Positions 12,101 through 23,165 of a stretch of DNA of 64,000 bases are shown here, piece after piece (position 1 is the stretch's first letter; each line of letters begins with the position of its first letter). This DNA is from Selaginella moellendorffii (taxonomy: Eukaryota; Plantae; Lycopodiophyta). The translations under genes and the position numbers were made by a program. The DNA is taken from contig NW_003314273.1 in assembly GCF_000143415.4 (NCBI RefSeq), positions 1,828,052 through 1,892,051 of the forward strand, in the 5' to 3' direction. The notes below the pieces were generated by a model. The model had not been told where the DNA came from and did no database searches. It saw only the letters and a list, made by a program, of their open reading frames with translations.

Positions 12101-13685
12101 CAATCTCTTCCTCCTTTAACTCTAGAGTGACAATTGGTACAATTGCTTGATGTTATGCGATTGCAATTAAACAACCAAACTTAGTTGATGGTGGCATTCA
12201 TGACACGTGGTGCAACTCCTCTTACTCTTGGTGCCAATCCTCACGTTCGGCCGGAGTTCTTTCGCGGGAATTCTAGGGATGATGTGTACCATTGGTTTAA
12301 TCACTTCACAATGATTGCCATATATTATTCTTGGGATGATGCTCGATGTTTGCGTGAGTTTCCCACATGTCTCAAAGGGACGGCATTGCCGTGGTACAAT
12401 GGTCTGAGCGCAGCCATTCATGGGGATTGGAGTGTTCTCCTGGACATCTTCAAACACGCATTTAGACATGTTGATGATTGTGATGATGCCTTCTAATAAT
12501 TGCATCATCTTTGTCAAGGGCCATCTAAGTCAGTGATGCAATTTAGCATTTGTTTCTGAAGCCATTTGTTTCTGAAGCCTCTTGCTTCATGCGGAGCCAA
12601 ATATGTTAGAGTGGATCAAGCTAGAAATGTTGTGGCTAGCACTTTATCAAGATTTTATCAAAATTGTGCATGCATTTGCTCATGCCACCCTTGACAATGC
12701 TCTTTGCTTGGCACAACATTATGAGATGTCACTTTTTTAACTTCTCGTTGCACATCCTTCAGCTCCACTTCCTGTGAGTGATAGTCCTATTCTAATGAAG
12801 GTTGATGCTGCTACTGCTCAAGTCCAAGGACAAGTGCAAAGACGTGGTCGTGCCCGTGATGTTTTTTGCTGGGCATGTGATGAAGTTAGTCACACTTATC
12901 GGCACTGTCAGCATTTTCCAAATTAGTGGCCACCATTTTCTAGGTGGAGATCTTGGTGTCAACAATGTTTTGTTGGTGTTGCTGTAATGGAAGGTCTGGA
13001 CACCGAGATGCATCTGGGAAACGAAAAGTTGCAAGAGTAACAAAGGCATCTTATGCGAATATGTTAGTGACCCCTCCATCTTTTTTTTTAGAGTATCATC
13101 AAAGGGTTGACTTAACACCCAGTTCATCCAATATTTACTTTCCAAGCTCGTTTTTATAACAAATGGACTCCTTTTATTCTCTTCGTGTTGGTTGATATAA
13201 GTTTGAGTTTATCTTCTATTGCTCAACCTGTTACCACACATTGCCATCTAAACTTGCATCATGTAGTGGAGCCAGTTTTCATTCTTTATAACAACGGCCG
13301 TACACATGCATGTGCACATTCTTTTTCGATCTCTCCAACAATCTTTGTGTTGCAACAGTTGACCGGCTCATGAAGGAGTATCTTGATCTCTTTGAATTTG
13401 ACATATCATCTAGGGCAAAGATTGCCACATGTCATCCGATTCCAACCGAGGATGCTTATTCAATCAAGGTTTTTCTTCGTTATCGGTCACTTAAAGAGAT
13501 TAAGATTTTACATGCAAACATCAAGGAGATGTTGAAGAAGGGTGTTATTCAAAAGTCATGGAGTCTTTAAACATGTGAACTTCATCTTGTGATGAAGTCT
13601 AATGGGAGTATTTGTTTTTGCATTGACTATTGTTCGTTAAACAAAGTGATGATCCCGGATGTGTACCCTCTTCCTCACTCTACTA

Positions 13686-15485
13686 TGTAAGCGACTAATT
13701 TTTCCATTCTACTTTAGTCACTTAACCACATCTCCGACCACTTGGAAGAGTCTTTTTCACAACCTCCGTAAGTCCAATTCGGGACTTGGGGATTGATAGC
13801 CCCGAGAATGGCATCCATGCCACTCAACCTTAGCACTTGGTCCAAGTGCTCCACGTGTCCGATCCCATGACCGACACCCCAAGGTACCACTGACATATCG
13901 GCCTGTTACACTAAGACCATGCCCATTCACCTTGGTCACACCAGTGGTCTAACGCCATCTATATCACAGTCCCATCATCCGTCCATGAGTGATCATCCCA
14001 GATCCACTCGTTCGCATCCTTAGGATGCCCACAGACATGGGGAATAGCCTTCCCCAATATCTCTTTTCCAGTCCCCACCAAGTCCCTTTCTATTCGTGGC
14101 CGTGTTCGCCAACACTGCCACTGGATCAAGGCCCACAGGCTCGACCACTAAGTCCAACTATCCTCTGGGACTTCCTCACTCTGTGACTGTGTCCTTGGTC
14201 ACCACACCAAAGGGCTACTCCTCTTCCTTTCCACAGTCTGGGACTTTGGGGCAATATTTCGGAACACCGTGGCCCTACGCGGGCCTCGTGGGTACTCTCC
14301 TCGCCTTCTGCCCTTGGGTGCTCTAGCCATGGGCTTAGAACGAGGTTCCGTTGAGCCACACCAGGTATCCAAGTAGGTAGTGCCACCCACACTTGGACTG
14401 AGAGCATCGGCCAGTCGATCTCCCGGGGAAACTAGAGCCGGCTCTTGAATACTTCACCAAGCTACCCCGCTTGTCGGTCCGTATTCACTCTAGTCTTGGA
14501 CTTCCCAGTGGTCAGCTCACCACCCAACACTGGGTATGGCCTTCCTGGGCCAAACTAGCCTTTCCTGGCCAAACTGGCTCCATTGCAGTCCTCCCCCTAC
14601 TATACTTTTGGAGCTCACCAAACCCCCCAGGGTCTGGGAGACGAATGTTTTGGGCTTTCACCCTCTCGGACTCGGACTCGGACTCGGACTCGGACTCGAA
14701 CTCGGACTCAGACTAGGACTCAGACTCGGACTCGGACTCGGTCTCAGCCTCGGCCTCGGTCTCAGTCTCGGTCCCGATCTCGGTCTCGGTCTCAGTCCCG
14801 GTCTCGGTCCCGGTCTGGGTCTCGACTTCGGACTCCATCTCGGGTCCATCTCAAACTCCATCTCGGGTCCATCTCAGACTCCATCTCAGACTCCATCTCA
14901 GGTCCATCTCGGACTCCATCTCAGACTCCATCTCGGACTCCATCTCGAGTCCATCTCAGACTCCATCTCGGGTCCATCTCGGACTCCATCTCGAGTCCAT
15001 CTCAGACTCCATCTCGGACTCCATCTCGGGTCCCATCTCGGACTCCATCTCGGACTCCATATCGGACTCCATCTCGGGTCCATCTCAGATCCACCTTGGA
15101 CTCCAACTTGGGTCCCATCTCGGACTCCATCTCGGACTCCATATCGGACTCCATCTTGGGTCCATCTTGGATCCACCTTGGACTCCAACTCGAGTCCATC
15201 TCGGACTCCACTTCGAACTCCACTTCGGACCCCAACTCGGGTCTATCTCAAACACTTCCACATGTTATGTGTTGGTCCTTTTGGGTCCTTTTTTGGAGCC
15301 TCGCTTATTGCTCACTTCGTGCTTGTTCCTCAAGCACTTCATTGGGAGTTTCACTCCCACTCTCGACCTTTTCAAGTCAAAGCTTTTAGTCCAAACATGT
15401 TACGCTCGTTTGGCTTTCACTTCGGCCACTACCACGTGGCGCCTTTTCGACTCCACTTTGGGGCCTAGGGATCTTGTGTCTCACA
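13686..15485. mobile_element. 1.8-kb solo LTR-like insertion nested in the RT of the decayed Gypsy
   Basis: TGTAAG...CTCACA termini; perfect 5-bp TSD TACTA (13681-13685 and 15486-15490); host RT reading (YPLPH...WFTKLDLA) resumes after it. Confidence 0.85.
14665..15245. repeat. Compound tandem repeat: (CTCGGA)n, then (CTCGGT)n, then (CTCCATCTCGGA)n
   Basis: Directly visible 6-mer and then 12-mer periodicity inside the solo LTR. Confidence 0.95.
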
Positions 15486-17089
15486 TACTAATCTCTTGGA
15501 TCATCTAGAGTGAAGTCATTGGTTCACCAAGTTAGATCTTGCTTTTAGGTACTAGCAAGTACTGATAGCCGAAGAAAATATTCCTAAGATTATTTTTTGT
15601 ACACCATTTTGTTTGTACGAGTTCTTGGTGATGCCGTTTGGTTTGAACAATGTTCCAACAACTTTCCAGCAGATGATGGACAAAGTTCTTTATGATATGC
15701 CGGAGGTGTGTCTTGATCCACTCAAAGGGGACGTGGGAGGAGCACATTTATGATGTTTGTAAAGTGTTGGATCGGCTATGAGACATTGGTTTAAAGCTGA
15801 AGCGGTCGAAGTATGTGTTTAGATCTATAAACACAACTTATCTTAAGTACTATATTTCTTGTGATGATTTGCAAGTTGATCTTGACAAACTTATGGCTAT
15901 TCTAAAGTTCCCTACTCAGAAGTGTGTGAATGATGTGCAATGCTTCTTGGGCAAAATGTAGTATTTCAGTCGTTTTGTGGATCATCTTTTTTATCGCATT
16001 GCACCATTGCAAGTGTTGTTGAAGTCAACAATGTCATCTTTCATGTTGTCTCCGGATTGTGAGCAAGCATTCATGGATCTCAAAAAGTTATTGATGACTC
16101 CTCTGGTTTTGGCATATCCTAACTACACTTGAGTTTTCATTTTGCACATAAATGCTTCTGATATTGGTTTTGGAGTTGTGTCGATGCAAAAAAGCCCGAG
16201 TGTGCCTGGTTAGCGCCATCCCATTGCATATATAAGCTGTATATTACAACCAGCGGAAGTGAATTACTCCAGGATAGAGAAGGAGTATTTATCAGCAGTT
16301 TGGGGTTTTGAGAAATTTTATGCATATCTACATAGTTCTCAAACGTTACTAAAAGGTGATCATATTGCTATTATTTCATTATTGAAGTAAAAGAACTTGG
16401 TTAGTCGTATTATTTGGTGGGCTTTGAAATTTCAAATATATAATTTTGATATTATTTATCGCTCAAGGAGTTCTATGGCTGATGCTGATGCCCTTTCTCA
16501 AGCTCTTCTTCCTTCTCCACTTTCTTCTCATGTTTCTGATGAGCTTGTTATTCCAACATCTATAAATTTTCTAGACGAGGATTTTATGCTATTAACGGTT
16601 GCTATACTTGATGTTTAGTGTCCATAAAGTGTAGAGCGAAATCTACTTTCTTTTGATGACGTTCGCAAATCTTAAAAAATTGAGCCATGGATTCAAAGGC
16701 TTCAAGATGGGTTTGAGAATCTTATATCACTTGTTAATGGTTTGCCATTCCAGCATTTACATTTTTAATATCACTTTGAAAACAGCCTTATTTATTTTAT
16801 GGGGATGGATCCTAATGATCATTTATGGTTGGTGGTGTCTTCGCTATAAAAGACCATTAGGGTTCTCTTGTAGATAGACTGAGATCTGGAGGAACGTCAG
16901 GAGGAGGCATTGGCAGATCTATAGGTGGTATCAATTGTTCTTAATCCCTTTGTACGAAATATTTCAACCATTGCACATGCACGATTTCTGGACATTTCTA
17001 AACATTTCTGCATAATTTCTGCATTGGTCTGTAGAAACTGCTATGATGAGCTATTTTTTCTTTCTTGTAACTTGGGTCTTCACCATATA

Positions 17090-19639
17090 ACATTTGGCAT
17101 TTCAGTTTATGAAAGGATCCCATGATTTGGAAGGAGAGTCCAATCCACCTATACTTCAACTAGCTGGTAAAAAACGTTTTGATGCTAAGCAAAGAAAGCT
17201 GAAGGAGTTTCACTTGGAAGACCCTAAAGAATTGTGTGTGCGTGATTAAGGAAAGGCTTTGAAGCTTGGTTGCTTATGTATTGAACCATGCGATCTATAG
17301 CTTGATGAGGATATTGACTTAGAAACTTGGGCAACTCACATGCAGAAGAAACTTTGTCGGATCTCTACAATGAGGAGGTAAATAACATTCAACAGTCATA
17401 TCTCAATTGAGTTCATGTCCTTTGCCTACAGAAGAATGCTTACTTGAACAACAATGAGGAAGTACGATTGAAAACTGTCATCTGGACGGAAATGAACAAG
17501 AATACCCTCAGGTGTTTGTCAAATACTTCAGCTGTCAGGAGTTTTAAAACTCACAGGAACTGGAAAGGAAGCAGCAATAAGAGCTGCAAGTGAAGATGCA
17601 CAGGGCAGAGTCTGCGGCAGAGGCAGCACGTCAGATGCTGGAAGTAAAGGTGAGAAAGAGTATGTAGATTGATAACATTTTGAAAGCTGCTAAAGATATG
17701 CTCGTTTATTTACGTACAAAAAGATCACGAGTTAATTTCGATGTTCTGGACAAGCTATTTGACGGGAGAGATACGAGCGAAAGCATTCTTCTGGATCAAG
17801 TTCGTCAATGTTTGATTCAAAAACAGGAGCTGTGGCTCTGTCAGAGATTTTGTCTGGAACTGGTCCGGAGGTTTATTTTCAGCAATTTTTCTCGAATTTT
17901 TTTGCCTGGACTTCGACTGGCGTGAGGAACAGGAATTGTTTCATTGAAGTGCACGAACCTTTTCGGAGCTTGCGACGGCGCAGCGGCGATGTCAGGGGCC
18001 GATGCCTCGTCCAGATGTCATTGAAGGCCGATCAAAGGAGAATCCGCAAGGATTGGTGGACATAAAATGATCTCTGAAACTCCCAGAAGATGGAAATGCG
18101 ATCAATCTCACTGTTATGGACGAGAAGAAAGAAGTGGAATATCAATGCGATGGACAAGAAAATGGAAACGAAGGAGGAGAAGAGGAAGAGGAAGAAGAAG
18201 ATTCCAGGGAGGACTCTATGCGCAAACGCAAGAAGAGTACTACGAAGAGTATTAAAACGATTATCACTCAGCCAGCTCTCTTCTTGTTAGGATCCTGGGT
18301 GGGAAAAATCCCCCTTTCTAAGCGGGATTTTGTGAAAATCCCACTAGTGTTTTCCCTGTGAGTGTCTAGCGGGCGATGCAGTGTTGTTTCTGCTTGTGCG
18401 GTCTTTCTTTCAGTAGCTGCCGCTTGTTGGTATCCAAAGAATCAAAACAGTTTTTACCCACGATCATTATTTACAAGTTTAAGAGTGGCTGACCATGATC
18501 GGCTCTCACGGCAGAAGAGCTCGTCCAGTCGATTTATTCTTAAATGTGAATGAAGCTCCACAGCCACGGATGGCTCAAAGGTGAGGGTTCGATTCCCCGA
18601 TTTTTACTTTGGTTTCTGGCAAGGAAGACTTTCCAATTCTACTCCTGGAAGTCCGACCAAGATTCCCAAGCATGAGCAAGAACAAGCGCCGAGGCTAGAA
18701 GAACATCCCATGATGGCAAGGCCTGTCGATCCGAGTCTATTTAGATAGTATGAGTTTTTCAGCTATTCTACTGTCTCGTGACTGACGTTGGGATTAAGCA
18801 ATGGCTCCTTCGGACGGATAGCCGCATTAAGAATTTCTGTCAGCATGAAGCGGGATTGGATTCAGGTCAGCTCGATTACATTTTGAATTCGCTTCACCAA
18901 GTGGAGTTTTCTTGCGGCTCAAATTCACGGTTTTGGTGATAAGACTGCACTTACTTTCGCTGCTTGATGCCTATGTCTGCATGCAGGTGAGTTTTGTCCA
19001 TGTTTGCGCGGCAATATAGTAGAACAATCTAAATAACCTTCAAGCTTCCTGATTCTGTATTCCCAAACTCGACAAGTCTCTGCCATTTTAAATAAAAAAC
19101 TTGTAGCCCGAGGAGTTCGAGGCTAAAGCAAAAGAGTTGGAACTTCAGGAGCCTGTTAATTTCAAAAGGACATTTAACCGAAATTCTTTGCGAACATAAA
19201 AAACAAGGTGCGCCTCTGTGCAGAAGCTGCTTTGACGAGGCTTTTTTTTTTTTCCCCTACTCATCTGCTTTTCAGTTTATGAAAGGAAAGTATCTGGAAG
19301 GAGAGTCTGCATTTCAACGAGCCCAAAATAAACATTTTGATGCTGAAGGAGTACCCTGAAGAATCGCCTGTGCATGGTAAAGGAAAGGCTTCGAAGGTAC
19401 TGCATCTCTTGTTTACTTATGTATTTAACTATGTGATCTGTAGCAAACCAGTTAGCCATGTCCGAAAGTTTCTTGGAAGATTTTCAAAAGTACAATTCCG
19501 GAAACTCTGGGCAACTCAGGTGTGGAAGAAACTTTGTCGGACCTCGACGACGAGGAGGTAAATAACGTTCAACAGTTGTATCTCAAGTTCATGTCCTTTG
19601 CCTACAGATGAATGCCTACTTGAACAACACCAAAGACGT
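17090..19639 (+). pseudogene. Tandem relics of an unidentified multi-exon gene (17090-17600 resembles 19265-19639 plus 21105 onward)
   Basis: Duplicated blocks ttcagtttatgaaagga...gaaggagagtc, and a shared ~50-bp intron gtaaataac.ttcaacag...gcctacag (also at 51087, partial at 24710 and 42088). Frames disrupted. Confidence 0.55.
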
Positions 19640-21104
19640 TGATGAGAGAAGCCAGGCCTCACGGTCTAGCGCTCTATAAAGAATGAGAACACTCCCAGAA
19701 CAATCCCCTGGGATGGATCTCACACAGGACGGGAAAGAAAACTAAGAAAGCCCTAAACTGAAGGAATGCGACTCAAGCCAGGTGGCTGTACGCCACGTGG
19801 CTCTAACACTGGTACACCTGGATCTTTATCACCAGCGTGACCATTGCCGCCCACCTAGCCGGAGCCCTGCGAGGACAGGTCACATATTCCAAGTGCTTCT
19901 CGATGTTTGGAGAAAATAATAGGTGGAAGAGCCTTAGTGAATATATCAATAACCTGGTCCTCAGTTGCCACATGTCAGCTCTCCTCCCATCACTTGTTCT
20001 CTGATGTAGTGGTATTTTATTTGTATATGCTTTGTCCTGGCGTGATATCTCGGATTCTCTGAAAGAGCAATCGCCGATTGATTGTCCGAGAGAATGACCG
20101 TGGGTCCTTGTTGCCGTAGCTGCATACTCGCTACAAGCTCACGAAGCCAGCTCGCCTCTTGTGCTGCCCCTGTCAAAGCTAGATACTCTCACAGCTTGCC
20201 GCTCTCCAAGTTACCACTCCATCACCAAGGAAAAAGCAATAGCCGGATGTAGACTTCCTGTCGTCTAAATCCCCTGCATAATCTGCATCGGCATAGCCTT
20301 CCAAAATACCAGAAACCTGCCGTTGATAGCTCAAGCCAAAATTAGCAGTGCCTCTAAGATGCGCTTCACAGCTTGCTAATATTGCCAGCCTGGATTCGCC
20401 ATATGCTTAGCCACCTCTCCCACAGAATAAGCAATGTCTGGGCGGGTACAAACAGCCAAGTAGATTAAGCATCCAACGACCTGGCGATATGGCACAAGAT
20501 CCATCTGTTGCTTCTCAGCCTCACTAGGAGACATCTCAGCAGACAAATGAATACTTGCTTGCATTGGAGTAACAGAAGGGTTGAGGTTCTCAAGCCCAAA
20601 CCTGCGCAATACTTCCTCCACATAAGCTCGTTGTGAGACAAAATTGAAAGCTGAGCGTGGATCTTTCTCTGGTGCACCACATTTTAAAAGTCGACGCCGA
20701 AATGATGGTGACGATGAAGACTCTTCCGCTGCGGCTAATGGCTTGTCATGGATGACTCGAGGAGTAGAGGTGGATACCACAAGCCGTGTTCTTTGGCTGG
20801 ATTCGGCAGCAACGAATCACTCAACTTTTGACCATGAGCTATTTTTGGAGATGAGGAAATGCACTGGCCAAGTGCGACTCACAGATAACAGCTTGGAGGA
20901 AGAAGACGATGCCATCCTGTTCTAGCGTCTATGGCACTGATCGTGCCAAAAAAATTTAACCTATTGCTCTGATACCATGATGAGAGAAGCCAGGCCTCAC
21001 GGCCTAGCGCTCTATAGAGAATAGAACAATCCCCTAACATGGATCTCACACAGGATGGGAAAGAAAACTAAGAAAGCCAGGTGGCTGTACGCCACGTTCT
21101 AACA
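19640..21104 (-). mobile_element. Internally deleted Ty1/Copia element (1.46 kb); LTRs 20978-21104 (5') and 19640-19808 (3')
   Basis: TGATGAGAG...CTAACA LTR pair; PBS TGGTATCAGAGCA (tRNA-iMet) at 20965-20977; RT/RNaseH YRQVVGCLIYL..TRPDIAY and DNQSAIAL..HARTKHI; TSD GACGT/GAAGT (one mismatch); empty site gaagtacgattg at 38517. Confidence 0.9.
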
Positions 21105-21839
21105 GAAGTACGATTGAAAACTGTCACCTGGACGGAAATGAACATAGAAGACCTTCAGGTAGGCAGCTCACGTTTGTCCTGCCAGCACATTTTAAAACTC
21201 AACTGGAAGGCAAGGAAGCAGTAATAGCTGCAAGCAAAGCTTCACAAGCTGCTGCTCTGTCCGCAATTTCGTCTGGAACTGGATCCGCCACTGACATCGC
21301 TGGTGCTGCTGCCGCTGCCGTCGCGAGCTCCAAAAGGTTTGTGCATTTCCACGAAGCAACTCTTGTTTGTTCCTCACGCCATTGCACTAGGAAGTATTGA
21401 AATAAGGCTTGCAATACAGAGCAAATTCACAACCAGAGCAAACAACACAGTCCGCAACTGCCAGATACTCCTGCTATCATCGAGGAATCGGCCAACCCCA
21501 TGCATCCAAACATCGCTCACTACAGCTGCATCATCGATCTCCTCAGCTGCACCGCACACCCTTGTGGCCAAGGAGCTCAAGAAGGGAAACAATGCAAGCA
21601 AATTGTTTGTGGCATGGAATAGCAAAATGTAAAGTAAGTTTTCAAATCAAGATATTTACAAGATTCGGTCCAATGAACTTCAAGGAAGCTTCCCGAACCA
21701 AAACTCTATAGGCCATTGCAAGCGTGCCAGCTTTCAGAAATACGTGCCAGCTTGGTCCTACCGATCAGCGTGAGGCCTCCGTAAAAGAATGACTTTGTAA
21801 AAGTCCACCACCGTGATCGTGATGGAAGAAAGACGGGCT

Positions 21840-23165
21840 CTACTGCTTGGTGTCCTTAAACCACCAGTTTGCTGGAACTCCAAGCTCTGCCTTGAGATAG
21901 TCCGATCTCTTGTTCACCAGTGCGATATCCCGGGTGCCCGAGACACTGAAGGGCTTGCTCGGCCCTTGGTAGCCATCAACCAGGTGAAGCAAGGCCTCCA
22001 AGTTGTGCAGATCGGTCAAGCCACCATCTTCCCTCAGAAACGGAGAGATGTCGCTGCTGAGCTCAAACTCGGTGCCAACATGGGTGTAGGCCCATGGGAA
22101 CCTGTGGAAGATGAGCGAGATGATATCACAGCTGTCCTCGTTGACAATCACCCCTGGAACTTTGGGCACCAGGTCTGCGGCATTGCGTGCCTGGAGGACT
22201 TTGAGCCCGAGCTCGAGGCACCTGTCCTTGAAACCCCGGTTCCCAACTCGGGGTGCCGAGAATGTGAAGACGGACAGCGGGGTATTGCTCCCGGGCAGCC
22301 CAAGCTCTGTCACGTCGTAGGCGCTGAGGAGTGCAAGCGCGCCACCCAGGCTGTGGCCCGTGAACGTCATACTCAGCTGCTCGCCCTGGTAGAGCCCGAC
22401 CAATCGCTTGATCTCCGAGTGGAGCTGCTGCCTCGCGCTCATCCCGGCCTGATCGCCGGGGACTGGAGACGTGTAGATGCTGAGAAATCCCGTCTCCACT
22501 TTCACGCCTTTGGTGTTGTGATCCGTGGGGTCGAGCCCGGTGGGGCGGAGGAGATCCTTGAGGTTCTCGATCCACTCGAGCTGCGTCACCGTCCCGCGCC
22601 AGGCCACCACAATGTCGCGGCGTCCCAACCGTCGGATGGCCTCGTCCGACGTGGCAACCGCCACGAAGCCCATCCAGTTGGTGTCCGACGTCCACGAGTC
22701 GTCGCCGGGTTGGGCGTTGGAATTGGAGCGCTTGAAGAAGCTGGGCAAGCCCAGCTGCGATGTTGCGTAGAGATAGGCCGTGATTTCGTATCCTGTGCTT
22801 GGGAGTCCCACGGATTGGAGGAGCTCTTCCTTGGAGAACTTTATGTCTCCACAGAATTCCGAGCCCTCGCTGTATTCGAAGCCGTCGTAGCAAGCCTGCG
22901 CGAATTCGCCGTATCGGATGATCTCCCGCCGGAGCCGCTCGTCGATGGAGGCGTTGGCGGGCGGGAGGAGCGGACTCCAGTGGCATGCATCCCGCCAGCC
23001 TGAGCTCAGCGCCAACTGCGTCTCCTCCAGCTCCACAACGCGCGCGCCATGACCATCTCCTTCAGATCTCTCCAACGTTCTTCTCTTGAATGAGAATGAC
23101 AATGAATCTCCTTCTCTCTCCAACGGCCTTCTCTTGAATGACAGTGACAATGAAACTCGTTCCAT
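21840..23165 (-). CDS. Phospholipase A1, DAD1-like class 3 lipase, copy 1 (441 aa from ATG)
   Basis: LRREIIRYGEFAQACYD, NWMGFVAV, LGRRDIVVAWRGT, catalytic GHSLG, PRVGN, DLVPKVPG, YTHVG, HNLE; intronless. Confidence 0.93.
   Translation of the reverse strand: MERVSLSLSFKRRPLEREGDSLSFSFKRRTLERSEGDGHGARVVELEETQLALSSGWRDACHWSPLLPPANASIDERLRREIIRYGEFAQACYDGFEYSEGSEFCGDIKFSKEELLQSVGLPSTGYEITAYLYATSQLGLPSFFKRSNSNAQPGDDSWTSDTNWMGFVAVATSDEAIRRLGRRDIVVAWRGTVTQLEWIENLKDLLRPTGLDPTDHNTKGVKVETGFLSIYTSPVPGDQAGMSARQQLHSEIKRLVGLYQGEQLSMTFTGHSLGGALALLSAYDVTELGLPGSNTPLSVFTFSAPRVGNRGFKDRCLELGLKVLQARNAADLVPKVPGVIVNEDSCDIISLIFHRFPWAYTHVGTEFELSSDISPFLREDGGLTDLHNLEALLHLVDGYQGPSKPFSVSGTRDIALVNKRSDYLKAELGVPANWWFKDTKQ

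Larger units (their letters stand above)
11671..16990 (+). mobile_element. Decayed Ty3/Gypsy retrotransposon, same family as 27521-32521; 5' LTR 11671-11854, 3' end lost or inverted
   Basis: LTR and PBS (tggtggaggtgaggggcacc), gag RPEFFRGNSRDDVYHWF, and RT and RNaseH remnants collinear with the younger copy. Many stops and deletions. Confidence 0.9.
9646..17072 (+). mobile_element. Possible decayed CACTA (En/Spm) element acting as a shell for nested LTR elements
   Basis: TACTACAAGAAAGAA at 9646 resembles the CACTACAAGAAA TIR, with a perfect 12-bp inverted match TTCTTTCTTGTA at 17058-17069. A broken spliced frame at ~10270-10700 (MDPNGGLIGHGRVVPCSANSTIHCQKL) resembles TnpA-type CACTA ORFs. 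Outer termini imperfect; TSD not seen. Confidence 0.35.

Noticed and set aside
14665-15245. Possible CRISPR-like array
   Set aside because: No unique spacers; simple tandem repeat in plant DNA.
14536-15468. Long LG/RT/PS-repeat ORFs on both strands
   Set aside because: A by-product of stop-free 6/12-bp tandem repeats inside a solo LTR.
18568-18606. Pol III A-box/B-box-like motifs (also GGTTCGATTCC at ~725)
   Set aside because: Spacing too short and no cloverleaf; AAG|GTGAG fits a splice donor better.
21813-23003. 396-aa antisense ORF and 286-aa alternate-frame ORF over the PLA1 copies
   Set aside because: Shadow ORFs of a GC-rich CDS; no motifs; non-ATG start; truncated in copy 6. Their conservation just reflects copy identity.
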